Below, in pieces: positions 48,513 to 61,322 of a stretch of 64,000 nt of DNA (position 1 is the stretch's first letter; each line of letters opens with the position of its first letter). Both the position numbers and the translations under genes were made by a program. The stretch comes from Podarcis tiliguerta (Eukaryota), in NCBI GenBank assembly GCA_965153285.1, contig OZ229111.1. One strand, 5' to 3'. The notes below the pieces were generated by a model. It ran no database searches and had not been told where the DNA came from. It worked only from the letters and a program-made list of their open reading frames with translations.

Positions 48513-51500
48513 GTATGATACAGCTTTTGTTTTCTCAAAATATGTATGCTACCTTTTGGAAAGAAACTTTAATAAGTGTGATGTAGGCATTATTTGTTTA
48601 TATTCAAGCTATACTTCCTGCCTTAAGGATAAGTTTGTATTTAATACGAATAAGGTATAAAAAGGTGTCCAAAATACTCATTGCTATTAAAATTTATCAT
48701 TTCATTTTCCATTCTGAATTACAGCACACAGGCAGGGCAGACACAAGAGGCTAAGTTAGGGTGACCAGATGAAAATTTCATATATGAGAAATGATATGCA
48801 AAAGGATAAAAGAGGCAGACAATATGCCATTAGATCAGTCTGTGGATCATCTTTCTTTTGAAATTGTGGTTATGATAATAATTGTTTTACTAAGGATGGA
48901 GAAAAAAATCGAAAAGGTATAAAGAATTATCAGATTATGAAATGATTTTGGTAATTGGCTAGTGATACTCATACCTTGTTTTAGAATATACATAGCCAAG
49001 TTGGTGTGTTTAAAGCCATAATCTGGCAATTCTATGGGACATAATGGTTGTCAGTTCATTTGCACATGCTTGTCAGATCACTATCCCTTCATAGGACATA
49101 TCTGACAATATCATCTTCATTAGGGAGCGTTGCTGTGGCTCACATTGCTTGCCAACTCCCCCAATCCCTTTGCCAATCCCCTTCTTTCACTCAAAGCTCC
49201 CCATCCCCTCACACCTCATTTAATCTGTCTAACTTTTGCCACCCCAGTTGCAGATCCCCATCCCCCAAAACATACCCATACCCTCACAGCTTGCCTCATC
49301 CCAAGATCCTGCTGCCACTTGCAGACGACAGGGGAATGAAGAGGAGAAAGTCTTTCTCCCCTTTGCTTCACACTGCAGTGGTTTGAGGCAAGTTGTGAGG
49401 AGAGGGGGGAGTTTTTGGCAAACATTGGGCAGCAGCAACAAAGACAGGGAGCACATGAAGGTCTGCCAGGGTGCATGCTCACTCTGCTGGACTGCCTGCC
49501 TGCTCGTTCAAACCCCAGGCATCCCAGGTGGCAGTGGCTGCAGACAGAACATGGGAAGGCCTTCCTGGGTAACCCACCTGCCGTTTTGCTCTGCCAGCTC
49601 GCTCACTTGTGCTGCCAGCCTGTCTGCTCTGCTCACTTGCTCTGCCTGCTGTTGTCGCTGCAGTTCTCATGGCCACCTATTGGCAGCCACACAAACTGCA
49701 GCATGACTTTTTTCTTACAAAAATATTATATGGTAAGATATAATTTCATCATGTTTTTGAATTTACTTTCTTTGCTCTGTTGCTGTTTGTCCCTCTTTGA
49801 TGTGCATTCTCCGACACTATCCATCTGTTTCTGTTACTCTGGCTGTCTCCTGCCAAAGACACATTTCTGCAATTGTGGCTGTTACCCAAGAAGCTGCTTA
49901 GTTGTTGAACCAGTGGTTTTTATTCATTATCTCATACAAAGAGATTTTTGTCTTAAGAAATAGAAAGCTCTGTGTTTACTTTTTATTTTTTGCTGAACAA
50001 AATAATTAGCTGTAGTTTGTGTTGTCCTAGTATTAAAAAACTTCCAATTTTTTGCAGCAGTGAAGAAAACCTTTGACAATCCTTGTACTTTTCGCCAGTC
50101 CTCAAGTTTTAACTTACCACTACCAAATGAATGCAGCTCCTAATCATTAATGCTTGCCCTCCCCCCAATTTTAATGTCTTTGTGCTATTTTCGCTATTTC
50201 ACTTGATAATGTTTAAGAAAATATTTTTGGAGGAGATTTTATCCAGTCTGAATGTCTTATGTACTTGGATCTCATGCCCCTAGAAATTTTGTAACCCTTT
50301 GACCAGATTTGGTAGGGTTTCGTATAATCAGTCCTGTCTGTAGAATCCTGAGTTTTCCTGACTTTACTACATTTATAGTCACATGAAGGTAGATGAGCTA
50401 CCTGTACTGAAGTTCATAAGTAGTGACATATCAAGCTTGGGTAGGAAGATTTTAAAGCACCTATTACTTCAGCATTAAAAATGAATATTCAATCCTTTAA
50501 TGGGATGTGGACATCTCTACAAAGTGGGCATGATTCAAGCCCTACCAAGTGCCCTGGAAGCTTCACATGTGGGCAAGCAGCTGTGAACCATGATGGAACA
50601 GCTGTGACAGTCTGCCCTGATGTGGGGCCTTACAGGGGCAGATGTATCCTGTCCCCTTGCCCTTTGTGCTAACCACATCAGCTGCTGTTCTACAGCGTGA
50701 GTCTTTTAAAAGAGGCTCTCTGAAACATGTGTACTCTGTATCCACAGGGCCTCTTTTAAAGGACTCACCCTGTAAAATGCATTTGTGTGGGGGTCATAAT
50801 AGATATAAATTTGGGGACAGTCAGAGGGGTGGGATTTGTAGATTTCATTAAGATCCCCCTACCTTTCCCCCGTAATATGAGCACTGGACCCTCCTTGTTA
50901 TTGTGCTGTGGCCAAGCCATGCCTGGCCAATTGATAAATCCATTATAAATGCATTCACACACACACATGCCAATGCCCCTGGGGACTGAGCAGTCCAGCC
51001 CCTCGTGTACAGGCTGTTCCTATGTGGGATATGTCACAACCCTGTAGCCCCAAATAACGGCCAGCCCTCTCCCACGAGCCAGTATAGAAGGCAGAGTTGA
51101 TACAGAAATGAGAGTAGCCTGAGTCACAGAAGTGCCAGCAACTGATACAGCTACAATCTCAGCTCCATATATTTAGGGATCAGCAGTTGAATTCATCCAT
51201 GAAAACACTGTTTGATATTTTCAGTTTTCAACCATAAATGAAGCGATGGTATATGGCTGAATGAAATGGTAGCTATGACTCTTCCCCACTACCCTAAATT
51301 GCACTCACAAAGCGACTCTGCTGTACATTTACTGTGTGCAGACTGCTGAGTTTACATAAGCATGAGGGACTTGGACAAGGCTATCCAGATATTCTAAATC
51401 AATGTTTTTCTGGATCAATAATAGCAGCATTTGTTACAAGTTGTATAGTAATATACCAGCAGTAGCGACTCACCCAGTGGGGCAAAGCTGCAGTGCTGGC

Positions 51501-53189
51501 TTCCCAGCAGGTGTGTCACTGCCACTTGTGGGACAGGGCGAGCTGGTGTGGAGCTCGATACAGTGTGGATGTATTGACAGGAGGGGTGGATTTGCTCTAC
51601 TGGTGCATGTTGGAACTCCCCTCATAAGCAGTCGCCTGCTTAGAAAAAAGGGTCTTTTCATGGGCAAGGCAGAAGAGACAGGCAGCTGGGGTGGCTAGAA
51701 AGCAGTATGTAACAGGGAGATAAATGGTAGCTACAAAGAAGGGCTAAGGTATGAGTTTCCCCCTTCTCTCTGACTGAATCCAAAAGATGCCTAAAGATGC
51801 CCATCATCTTTCCTCACAACTACCTAGTGCAGTTATATTTACAGGCCTTTCTTTACAGCCACATAGCCTAGAAACCTTTTTGGTTTCTTTTAAAGAAAAG
51901 CTGAGATTTTCAGGCTCATCTGCAATATGTGTTTGGGGTAGTCCCGATTCTTGCTGTTGATTTGGCCCCAATATAAGCCCCTCACCTCCACTATGTAGAA
52001 AACTACCCATGTGAGCTGGGTCATCCACACAAATGCCTCTTCTCCCAGAGGGAGAGGCTTCTGTGTGACCAGGAGTTTACAGAGAAGCCACACTTCAGAT
52101 GGCAGATTATCTGCATGGTGAAGGACAAGAGATTACACCTCTCCTCCACAACATTATTTCAGTGCCAGCTCCTAATGAATTGCACAGCTGAGTTCAGCAG
52201 TACTTCCCGTTTGGGGAAACTAGCATGAAAACACAACACAATTTGAATGTAACTTAAAACTCTAGTAATGTAATGTGGTGACCTTAATAAGACATGAAAA
52301 TCTCTTACTTTGAATCATTTAAATGCCCCCAGTGACTAATAGAATCTATTTATATTGTAAGCTACAAGAGTTGCACTAGAAAAAGGCTGTTTATGTAAGA
52401 TTTTTTAAATTTCTCATTGACTCAGAATTAAATATTTCTGTGGTCTTTTATAGTTCATTGTGTGGGGCTGCTATTCCGTAGTATCAGCCTTCTTTCTAGA
52501 TAATGTAAAAAAATATTAAAACACAGCAAACTAACTTAAAATATATAGACCTAAGTTATTATTTTGTCCCCCAAAGCATGTATAGAATCATAAATCTTTA
52601 TTGAGACATTATATAGCTACATTTGAAATGGAAGTTTGCACCCTGCATGGTAACAAATGAAGCCTATATGTGCATAGAAAAGTAAAAACCTGGATTAATG
52701 CCACTTTGGCTTTCTATCCTAGCTGGGCTGGACAGACAACATAAACAGTTCCAGCAAATAAGATGACAGCACAAAACCCTTCATTTACTGATGTTTTTGT
52801 CTACCCGATGATTTATTCTCTTTGTCTGTCCTCTGTTTCCTCTGTGCTTTGAAGTGTTCCTCTAGTAAGGATGTTGTCCTGGTGAGGTACTGTAAGATAA
52901 GAAAGCCATTTCTCTGGCTTATTTTCAGCAATAGTGCAGACATAACAAAGTGAGAGGTGAGTGCCAAATTACTTCTCGCTGCCCCTTGCAGGATGAGCTT
53001 TCCCCTTCTATTATATCTTCTTACAATTCAATTACAGTGTATCTGTGGGATGTAAACAAAATTAGGAAGTATATTATCCACCTTTAGTTATACATGTGGA
53101 TCCAAAAGCACCCACATACCTTTATTTCAGTCATAGGTATCTAAAGTGTAAACATTGTTGCTTGTCGCAGGTCATGTGGGGAGTTCATA

Positions 53190-53313
53190 GCTAGTGGGCA
53201 CTCCTTCCTTGGAGGTTTTTAAGCAGAGGTTGGATGCCCATCTGTCATGGATGCTTTAGTTGAGACTAGATGACCCTCAGGAGTCCCTTCCAACTCTATA
53301 ATTCCAGGATTCT
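53190..53313 (+). mobile_element. CR1 LINE 3' end
   Basis: ttggaggtttttaagcagaggttggatg...gactagatgaccctcaggagtcccttccaactcta..attct. Confidence 0.8.
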
Positions 53314-53381
53314 TAAAATTGGGACTGTTGAATTCCAATAAATCAGTTACTTGTTGACTTTCTAGCTACAATGAAATAAAG

Positions 53382-53520
53382 CAGTGGTGGTTAACATATG
53401 GTCTTCCATATGTTCTTGGACTCAGAATTCCCATCAGCCACAAACAGCATGGCCAGTGTCAGGGATGATGGGAGTTGTAGTCCAGCAACACCTGGAAGGC
53501 AACAGGTAGGCCTCTGCTGA
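53382..53520. mobile_element. Palindromic hAT MITE (decayed)
   Basis: cccatcagcc...gatgatgggagttgtagtccagcaacacctgga. Confidence 0.65.
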
Positions 53521-56500
53521 AATAAAGTATGTTACCCTATCATCAACCAGACAGCTGGAGCCCTTTAAAAAATAAGTCTGCCTTAATGTTGGGGAAAGCA
53601 GGTTAATGTTATGGAACAGTTCTTTGTCTGGATCATCAAGGAATGCCTTCTACCAGTAGCGAGTCAGTTTATTTTGAGGGATGACACTCAAATGACTGGG
53701 GTATTTAAAAAATAAGAAGAAATAGAATGCCGAAATTCATCCCCAGTGGAGATCTCCCACTATCATCCTCCAATGCAGTACTTCTAAAGAGACCCAGCTA
53801 TCTGATCCTGTGAACCTATGAAATATCATTAGTAATATGCTTCATTGGATTGAAGGTAGTATGTGAGAGAGAGTGTGTTACTTAAGAAATGCAAATATAC
53901 ATAACCCTTCTGAAACCCCCAGTGGAGTTTGAATTGTTTCAGGGATTCAAACGTCAGCAATACCCAAGTTACTGTTTAAAGATTTTTCTAACTAACTGCC
54001 GTCATATTCAACACTGCAATTTTTTGCACCTGATTTGATCTCTTGAGAACTTTACAAACTATGGGTGTCTTAACACATGTTATTGTTTTCATGTAATTAC
54101 ATGTAATTTGCCAGGGCATGAACTCCCTTGTTGTGCGTAATAATTTACATAACATTGTGTGGCTCAAAACACAATGTATTTAACAAAATGGCTTATACAT
54201 TACAGATTGGTAGTGATTAATCATTATTATTGAATTTAAAGAGAACCCAGGGAAGCTGGTCCCTCTTTCTTTGTACTTAATAAATGAATACATGTTGCAG
54301 TGGAAATTGCAGTATTCAGCTTGAGGTTAAATGTACTGTTGCAAAGACTCAGAGCTCTTTAAATTGTGCATTCTAGCTTCCTTTCTAATAATTAATGAGA
54401 CTTAATTTCTTCTATGCCAACATGTATGTCAATATATGACCACAGGATGAAGGCAGAAATGAGGGAAAGCCTTTTAACTCCATGTGAGAGGCATCCAGCC
54501 AAAGATTGGGCTGGCTATTTCAAATCTGTTTTTCAACTTTATATTTCCTTATCTTTGAAGTTCCCCATGCCTTATGAATGGACTACTCTTCCTCCAGTCT
54601 CCACTACACAAACACCTCCATCTGGCATCAACTCTTCAGTTCTCTCCTTTTCTATGTTCCTATCTTAGGCAGCTTGCCTCCTTTTGCTACTTCACAGGTC
54701 CTCTCCTCCTCTCGCTAGTCCCAGTAGCTCTTCCACAGTCTTTGCAGTTAGCTTCACTCCCATAAAATACCTTGGAGCAGGAGTAGCTCCTATCAGCTTA
54801 ATCAGTCTGTGCAGTGGTCAAGAATAAAGGCAGTTGCAGTCCACCACACTGGCTACCCTTGTCTTAGTGTATTACACAATATACTGTCCTTTTCTGAGCC
54901 CAAGGGCACATATGGAAATCTAAGAACTGGTGTGAGCACTACAAAATACCCAGGTTACAGAAAACATCCTGGTAATGCTCAGAACCACCCCCATCCCACA
55001 CAAAAGCAGGCAAAAGCACCTTGACAGTTCCCAAACAGTCTAGCCACATCTCTACCTGCCCCACACCTGGTGTCACATACATAGGGCAGGTGGCCATGAT
55101 TTGGGGAAGTTGGCCTCGGGGACCAAATTGGGACCCATGTCAGGCCAAATTTGGCCCACGGGCCAGAGGCTTCCCTCCCCCATTAGGTATCCTTACAGTA
55201 AGGATACCCCTGAGGTAACTCCTGTTTTACACACAGACCTGGAAATAAAGACTTGCCCATTTGAACATGAAACAAGGATTTGAACCAAACTCATGGGGAA
55301 ACACCTTCCAATACCACAGCTCCCAGATCACACACAGTTAACAAATGTTATTTTCTAGATAGCTCTGCCTTGATTTCCTTTCTCTTTGTGCCTGAATAAG
55401 ATAAGATCAGAATCTGATTTTTTGAAGTCTGCCATGCAAATAAATTCAAAATAAGAATCTAAAATTAATCATGTTACTTCAACATGCTGCAGCTCTTAGA
55501 GAAGACTTATCTTAAAAAAGACAGGTCTGAGACCCAAAGCTAACAAGTGATTTTTCCTCCACTATTGGCTAGCGGCCAGGTGATTAGTGGAATGATGTAT
55601 GCTGTCTGTGATTAACCAAGCCAGACCTACTGCATTAGAGCCGGGCTTTGGTAAACAGCAGCATGACGTTTGACCTTGCAGCGTTGCCTCCTGTGGTAAA
55701 GGTTCCTTTTGGAAAAGAAGCATGAGGATTTTACTAGAGAAGGAAGGGCTGATCATTAAGATGCCAACTCCTAGTCAGGGTACAAGCTGTTTAGGAACAT
55801 AGGATGGCTCAAAGCAATTACTATGTTTCTGTTTGGGTGCAGGACCTTTTTTCTGCCTCAAAGCTTCTTAGCTTACCAACATTACAGAAAGCCACCCTAA
55901 ACAAAGATACATAAGCTGTAAGAAACCGAGGATAATGGTGAATGATAGACAGAATTCTGTAAAAGGACGAGCAGATGCGGATCGTAACGATGATCTTCCT
56001 GCAACCACCCCACATTCTCACACATCACACACGGTCGTATAGTATACACATAGAACACATGCATCACTATTTTTGGGAAAGCATTTCAACTTGTTTCAAA
56101 CCTAATTGCCAGAGGTGATCATGAACACTGAAGATGGGGAGGATTAACCTCTCATCAGCTGCAGCTGCCCATGCAGCAATTATGCTTGAAAACAGCCCTC
56201 GGCTGGCTACAGTGTTTTCAAGCCTAGTTGTAGCATGGAAGAGCTGTTTTCAATGTGAGGGGTAACAGTATATGGGAAAGGCAACCTTCATTGGGACAGT
56301 GGAAGAGCAACTCTGCCACTTCTGCTCTGTCATCCACTTTTGATACCACTGACCATGTTCCATAGCCAACTCAGTCCATCCTTGGCTCCTGATCAGGGAC
56401 TTTTGTTTCATTTTTTACAGAATCTGCATGCTGCCCAACGACAGTGTTCTTTGGAAATCTCATAACAATAAGTGAAAGCTGGGGGAGTCTTCCCTATATC

Positions 56501-57148
56501 ATACAATAATAATTTAGATAGTCACTGCATGCAAACTCTGTTTATTATCTGATCTCAAGTTGTAAATTACTTTTCTCATGTTTACTCCTTCCTCCAATGA
56601 CCATGTTATCCTTGTAAAACGCATAACGTTCTGTCACTGATAGTAACCTATTGCTCTGGATCAAATCAAGGCATACTCAGCATGTGGTCCAATCATCTAA
56701 TTTCTTTAAAAATCACTTTGGTTTTAGTTCCCAGATTTAATAACTGCTTCATATGTGTTATCAAGACACGCATTACTCCAGGTGTAGCCAAGATAGTACC
56801 TACCGGATATTGTTTGAGTCCATCTCCCATCAGCCCCTGGCAGTTTATCCAATAACATCTGGAGGGCACTATGGTGTCTACATCTTCATTTATCTGATCT
56901 GATGTGTCTTCTTATCATAATCAATTGGCATTTTGTAGGAGGTAGGGAATGCTTGAGACTCAGTCATCCAAAAGAATCCACAGGTGCTGTTTCTTATTAT
57001 GATGCAGGCACCACTTCCTTCACAATTTCAGCAAGTTATTCTTACTGTGCACAGGTATATTCTTTCTTGAAGAGGAAATGAAATGTGTCTGTCTTAATTA
57101 AATCCTCTCTCCCCCAATTGCTTCATGTTTAAAAGTTGTCCATAGCTA

Positions 57149-57172
57149 GGTATGTATGTATGTATGTATGTA
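57149..57172. repeat. (TATG)n microsatellite
   Basis: Direct reading. Confidence 0.9.
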
Positions 57173-57272
57173 CGTAACACTTTCCGGAGATGTAGTCTGA
57201 AAAGTTGATTTTATGTTTCTTTGTTTCCTCTAACCATGTCTCCCCCCACCCCCACCCCATTTCTGATTTCAG

Positions 57273-57482
57273 CAGGCTGGGGAGAGATGCCTGCTATCCA
57301 TGCAAAGCCTGAAGCTTCATGGGGAGAGCCTTCCTCCCCTTCTGCTGCAGTTGATAATGGCACTTCAGCATGGGGAAAGCCTCCCAGCAGCGGTACAGGG
57401 TGGGGAGATAACTCTGCTGAGTCAGCAGGGTCATATGGAAGAGCAAGTGCACCAGCTGCTGCCCCAGTACTGTGCAAACCAG
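57273..57482 (+). CDS. TNRC6C: TNRC6C exon with AGO-hook motif (GWGEMP...[11 protein letters not shown]); start 57273 or 57276
   Basis: Tandem acceptor ttcag|cag|GC and donor CAG|gtaagt. Phase 1 to phase 1. Contains the [11 protein letters not shown] motif. Confidence 0.95.
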
Positions 57483-58105
57483 GTAAGTGTGTGTGTTGAT
57501 TTGTCTTGGCTGAGTTGGCAAGAAGAATTATAGCTCTGTTTTCATATAGATTACTTTTTTTTAGCTTAAACAGGTATTCTGCTTGATCACTTGTACAACC
57601 AACAACAGGCCAACATGTATAACCTATGCTCTTTTTATTAATTCAGACATAAGCTCTCCAAATAGATGTAGCAGTAAAATACAGAACAAGCTCGAAAAAA
57701 TTTCCAAATATATTGACTCGCACATAATGCTTAGTGTGATCTGAGCATCTGGGGTCCTAGGGAGGGAATAGTGGCCACATTACTCCTGCTGTCAGCTTCT
57801 TGTGATTTGGCTTAGTGTGTTTCCTGAACCCAGGCTCGTGGTTTTTCTCACTCCGAACAATGGCTTGTCATTCATGATTTGGAATGAGACAAATCAAAGG
57901 CCTAGGTTCAGATGAATAAGCCACTAAGCCAATCCATGATTTGGCTCACAGTGGTGCAGCAGTGCTGGAGGGAGGAGCAAAGTGGTTGCTGCCTTCGCAG
58001 CGAGAGCCCACATGTTTGTGCTAAGTCTTGACTGATACATGTGAACGAAGCCCATAGATTTTAAAGTATAGGAAGGTCAACTGAAATGTTCCATTCCTCC
58101 TACAG

Positions 58106-58275
58106 CTTCTAAATCTTCTATGCAAGAAGGCTGGGGCGGTGGTGGAGATGAAGTAAATCTCAGTACAAGTCAGTGGGAAGATGAAGAAGGAGATATGTGG
58201 AATAATACTGCTTCACAAGAGAGTAATTCCTCTTGTAGCTCCTGGGGAAATGCTCCAAAGAAAGGACTTCAAAAG
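58106..58275 (+). CDS. TNRC6C: TNRC6C exon (ASKSSMQEGWG...WGNAPKKGLQK)
   Basis: Acceptor cctcctacag| and donor AAG|gtagga. Phase 1 to phase 0, in frame with ORF 58120..58302. Confidence 0.96.
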
Positions 58276-59148
58276 GTAGGACTAAGCACAGCTGGGTTAT
58301 AAAAATCAGTAAGATGAGATGGTTCATGCACTTAATTTTTTATACTTTATCAAACTGTTTTATAAAAGTATGAAAGTCATCATTTTCAAAAAGCACTACA
58401 ATAAGATTGTTATCCTGTAGTTACCATCACTTGTCTTGTTCAAATGGTGTTGGAAAGCTGGAATGGACTAGAGAATCAGTTGCTATGCTATGGCCCTGCC
58501 TAACAGATTCCTTTGCACCCTGCTGTAGATGCCAATCACGTGTTCTTTACAGAAACAAACAGATCTGATTTTTGCAGTATTTCAACGTTTATGCAAAGAC
58601 CACATAGTCAGAATGAGTTCTGACAAATAAGGGACACAAGAGGTTTGCAGGTCATATTGCATGTCTGCTTGCTAACAAGTGTGATAAGCTATTTCTCTGC
58701 TGTCCAACAAATTAGGTAGAAAGTAGGAATCTTTCTCAGCTGATTGTATGAGATTTGTGTAAACCTGAAAGCCTCCACTTCCAGCTTTAAAGTAACCTGA
58801 GTTCCTCCTTGCATCCACACTTAAGGAATTTTAGGTGGCAAAAATTCCAGTTAGTGAACAAGCCAGGATCAGAAACCATTTGTTTGATCCTGGCTTATTT
58901 GACCTAACGAGTTTAAACTAACCAGGGAACCGGTTAATTTAAAATCAAAAACAGACGTTCCCTACTTTTTCTACCTTTGCACAAAAGAGGAAGCTTGCTG
59001 CAACTTGTGGGTGTGATGCCCAGCCATGCTTAACCATAGAGTAATATATTTCCTTTACATCCAAACTGCTTTTCTGACAAGAAGAAACATAGTTCCCCCT
59101 CTGGTGTGAACCCAAAACATGCCACAGCTCATGCATGTAGTATTATAT

Positions 59149-59285
59149 CTGAGGTAGACAATGTGGTGCCCTCCAGATGTTGTTGGATTACAACCTCCAT
59201 CATCCCCGGCCATTGGCCATACTGGCTGGGGTTAATGGGACTTATAGTTCAACAACATCTGGAGGGCACCATGTTGCCTAACCCA
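59149..59285. mobile_element. Palindromic hAT MITE
   Basis: ggtgccctccagatgttgttgga / caacaacatctggagggcacc inverted arms. Confidence 0.75.
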
Positions 59286-59521
59286 ACACTATACAATGGT
59301 TTAACATTGCACCCAAGCCGTCTCACATTCATGCAATATTTATATGGAATGACTTCATGTGGATTTTCATTCTCTTTCCCTGCAATAAATATGACAAATA
59401 AAGAAATTTAGACTGCAATCCTATATACTGTTACCTAGAAGTAAGTCCTGTTGAATTAAATTGAGTGTAGGGTTTTCTTGTTTAAAAGTTTTCCATTTTT
59501 CCTCTCAATTAATTTTCTCAG

Positions 59522-59602
59522 GGCATGAAGACATCTAGTAAGCAAGATGAGGCCTGGATCATGAACCGTCTGATAAAACAGCTCACAGACATGGGCTTCC
59601 CA
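59522..59602 (+). CDS. TNRC6C: TNRC6C exon, start of UBA domain (GMKTSSKQDEAWIMNRLIKQLTDMGFP)
   Basis: Acceptor ttttctcag| and donor CCA|gtgagt. 81 nt = 27 codons, including the UBA signature MGF. Confidence 0.96.
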
Positions 59603-60041
59603 GTGAGTAACATTTGGTTTGTTTATTTATTAAATTTCTAGCTCATCCATCATGTGGTTCTAGTCCAGGAATATTCATGTGATAGTATGTCCTCTGGCTT
59701 TGGCTTCATGGTGTTAAGCAGTGATGAGGAACCTGTAGCCCCCCAGATGCTGGTGGACCCAAGCTCACATAAGTCCCAGCCAAAATCATCATGTCAGATT
59801 ATGATGTCTTAAGAGAGGAGGTAGTTGCTGTAAGGTGCTCTGAATCATGGCTCCTAGCAAATCCATCTCGCTCCAAATTTTACATATATATTACTGACTT
59901 GATTGCAAAATTCCTCTGTTTCAACCAGATGAATGGTTTGAAAGCTCTAGGTATGTCTCACCTTGCACCTGTTTTACAGTTCATGTAAAATCTACATTGT
60001 GTTTCATAGTTGTGAAAAAAATCAATTTCTCATTTTTGCAG

Positions 60042-60099
60042 AGAGAGCCAGCAGAAGAGGCCTTGAAGAGTAACAGTATGAATCTAGATCAGGCCATGA
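60042..60099 (+). CDS. TNRC6C: TNRC6C UBA-domain exon (REPAEEALKSNSMNLDQAM)
   Basis: Acceptor catttttgcag| and donor ATGA|gtaagt. 58 nt, phase 0 to phase 1. Encodes UBA helices 2-3. Confidence 0.96.
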
Positions 60100-60391
60100 G
60101 TAAGTATTTTTGTAACTGAAATAGACATCTGCGAGGGTTGATCTGTTACAATGAAATTTGCATCACTTTTCTCAGCAGCATTATGTCAAAGGATCGAGTT
60201 GGTTGTAAATTATCAAGTGCCAATCTTAGTGTTTTAAAAGACAAAATGCATTTTAAATTTCAAGTATGAAGTGTATTAATATCAGTGGGAGTGTAGCAAT
60301 AGTTGTATCAGTACAACAGTCATTTTGTCTTGATTTAGGGACATTTCCCTCATTTTCTTTGGTGTCTTCATATTGTGTTTACTTTTTGCAG

Positions 60392-60537
60392 GTGCTCTGC
60401 TGGAAAAGAAGGTGGAAATGGACAAGCGTGGAATGGGTGTGGCTGACTACAATGGAATGGTCACCAAACCCCTTGGCTGCCGCCCACCACCGATCTCCAA
60501 AGAGTCTTCCATGGACCGCCCCACCTTCCTTGACAAG
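60392..60537 (+). CDS. TNRC6C: TNRC6C exon (SALLEKKVEMDKRG...DRPTFLDK)
   Basis: Acceptor actttttgcag| and donor AAG|gtaggt. Phase 1 to phase 0, in frame with ORF 60373..60579. Confidence 0.96.
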
Positions 60538-60780
60538 GTAGGTGCAGCACTCTGGAAGCAGAGTGGGAAGAAACTCTAAAAGTTAGATTAACCTGGAAAA
60601 TGTGGGTGGGGCAGGTAAATGTACTGTTTTGCCTCATGAGTCTGCTCCCTTTACTTCTTAGCTTACTAGTAAAAGAAAGCATAGTTACTGGAGAGTGAGA
60701 TGTCCTATTTCATCTGCAGGTGTAGACATTTGGCATTAGCACAATATCGCCACTTGCTGTTTTCAGCTGTTCTTTTCTAG

Positions 60781-60917
60781 CAGGGCTGGCTAACCTATGG
60801 GCCTCCAGACCTTGTTGAGACTACAGCTCATGATTCCTGACCACTGGCCCTGCTGCCTGTAGCTGATGGGATTTGGAGTCCAACAACATCTGGAGAGCCA
60901 CAGGTTTCCCATTCTTG
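60781..60917. mobile_element. Palindromic hAT MITE
   Basis: cagggctggctaacctatgggcctccaga...catctggagagccacaggtttccc. Confidence 0.7.
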
Positions 60918-61197
60918 CCATAAGGCAGAGATCTTTTTTATGTTCCTCTGTGGAGGAGGAACCTCAGTGTTGTACCTCAGTGGTGCCATATCAACAATAA
61001 ATATTGAGCTGAGACATCCTCTTGCAGTGTGGATATGTGAAACATGAAAAACATAATTTATTTCTCTTGTCTTTTGCCAAGTAATCGAGAGACACCAGTA
61101 GTAGCTTTTAAACTTTCCCAAATACATTGAATAATTAAAAAAGGCTCAGCCACTACATGGAGCTTCTCTTATAGGTTTGTCCTTAGACACTCTAGTA

Positions 61198-61322
61198 CAG
61201 GAGCAACCAATGGGCTGCCATCCAGATGTTGTTGGGCTCCAACTCGCATCAGCCCCAGCCAGCATGGCCAATGCTCAGGGATGATGCGAGCTGTAGAATA
61301 AAAATATCTGGAGGGCACCACA
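61198..61322. mobile_element. Palindromic hAT MITE (decayed)
   Basis: tccagatgttgttgggctccaactc...atctggagggcacca. Confidence 0.65.

Noticed and set aside
49048-49963. Overlapping 112-182 aa ORFs
   Set aside because: Low-complexity GC-rich intronic segment, probably a TE remnant, with no recognisable domain or splice pattern.
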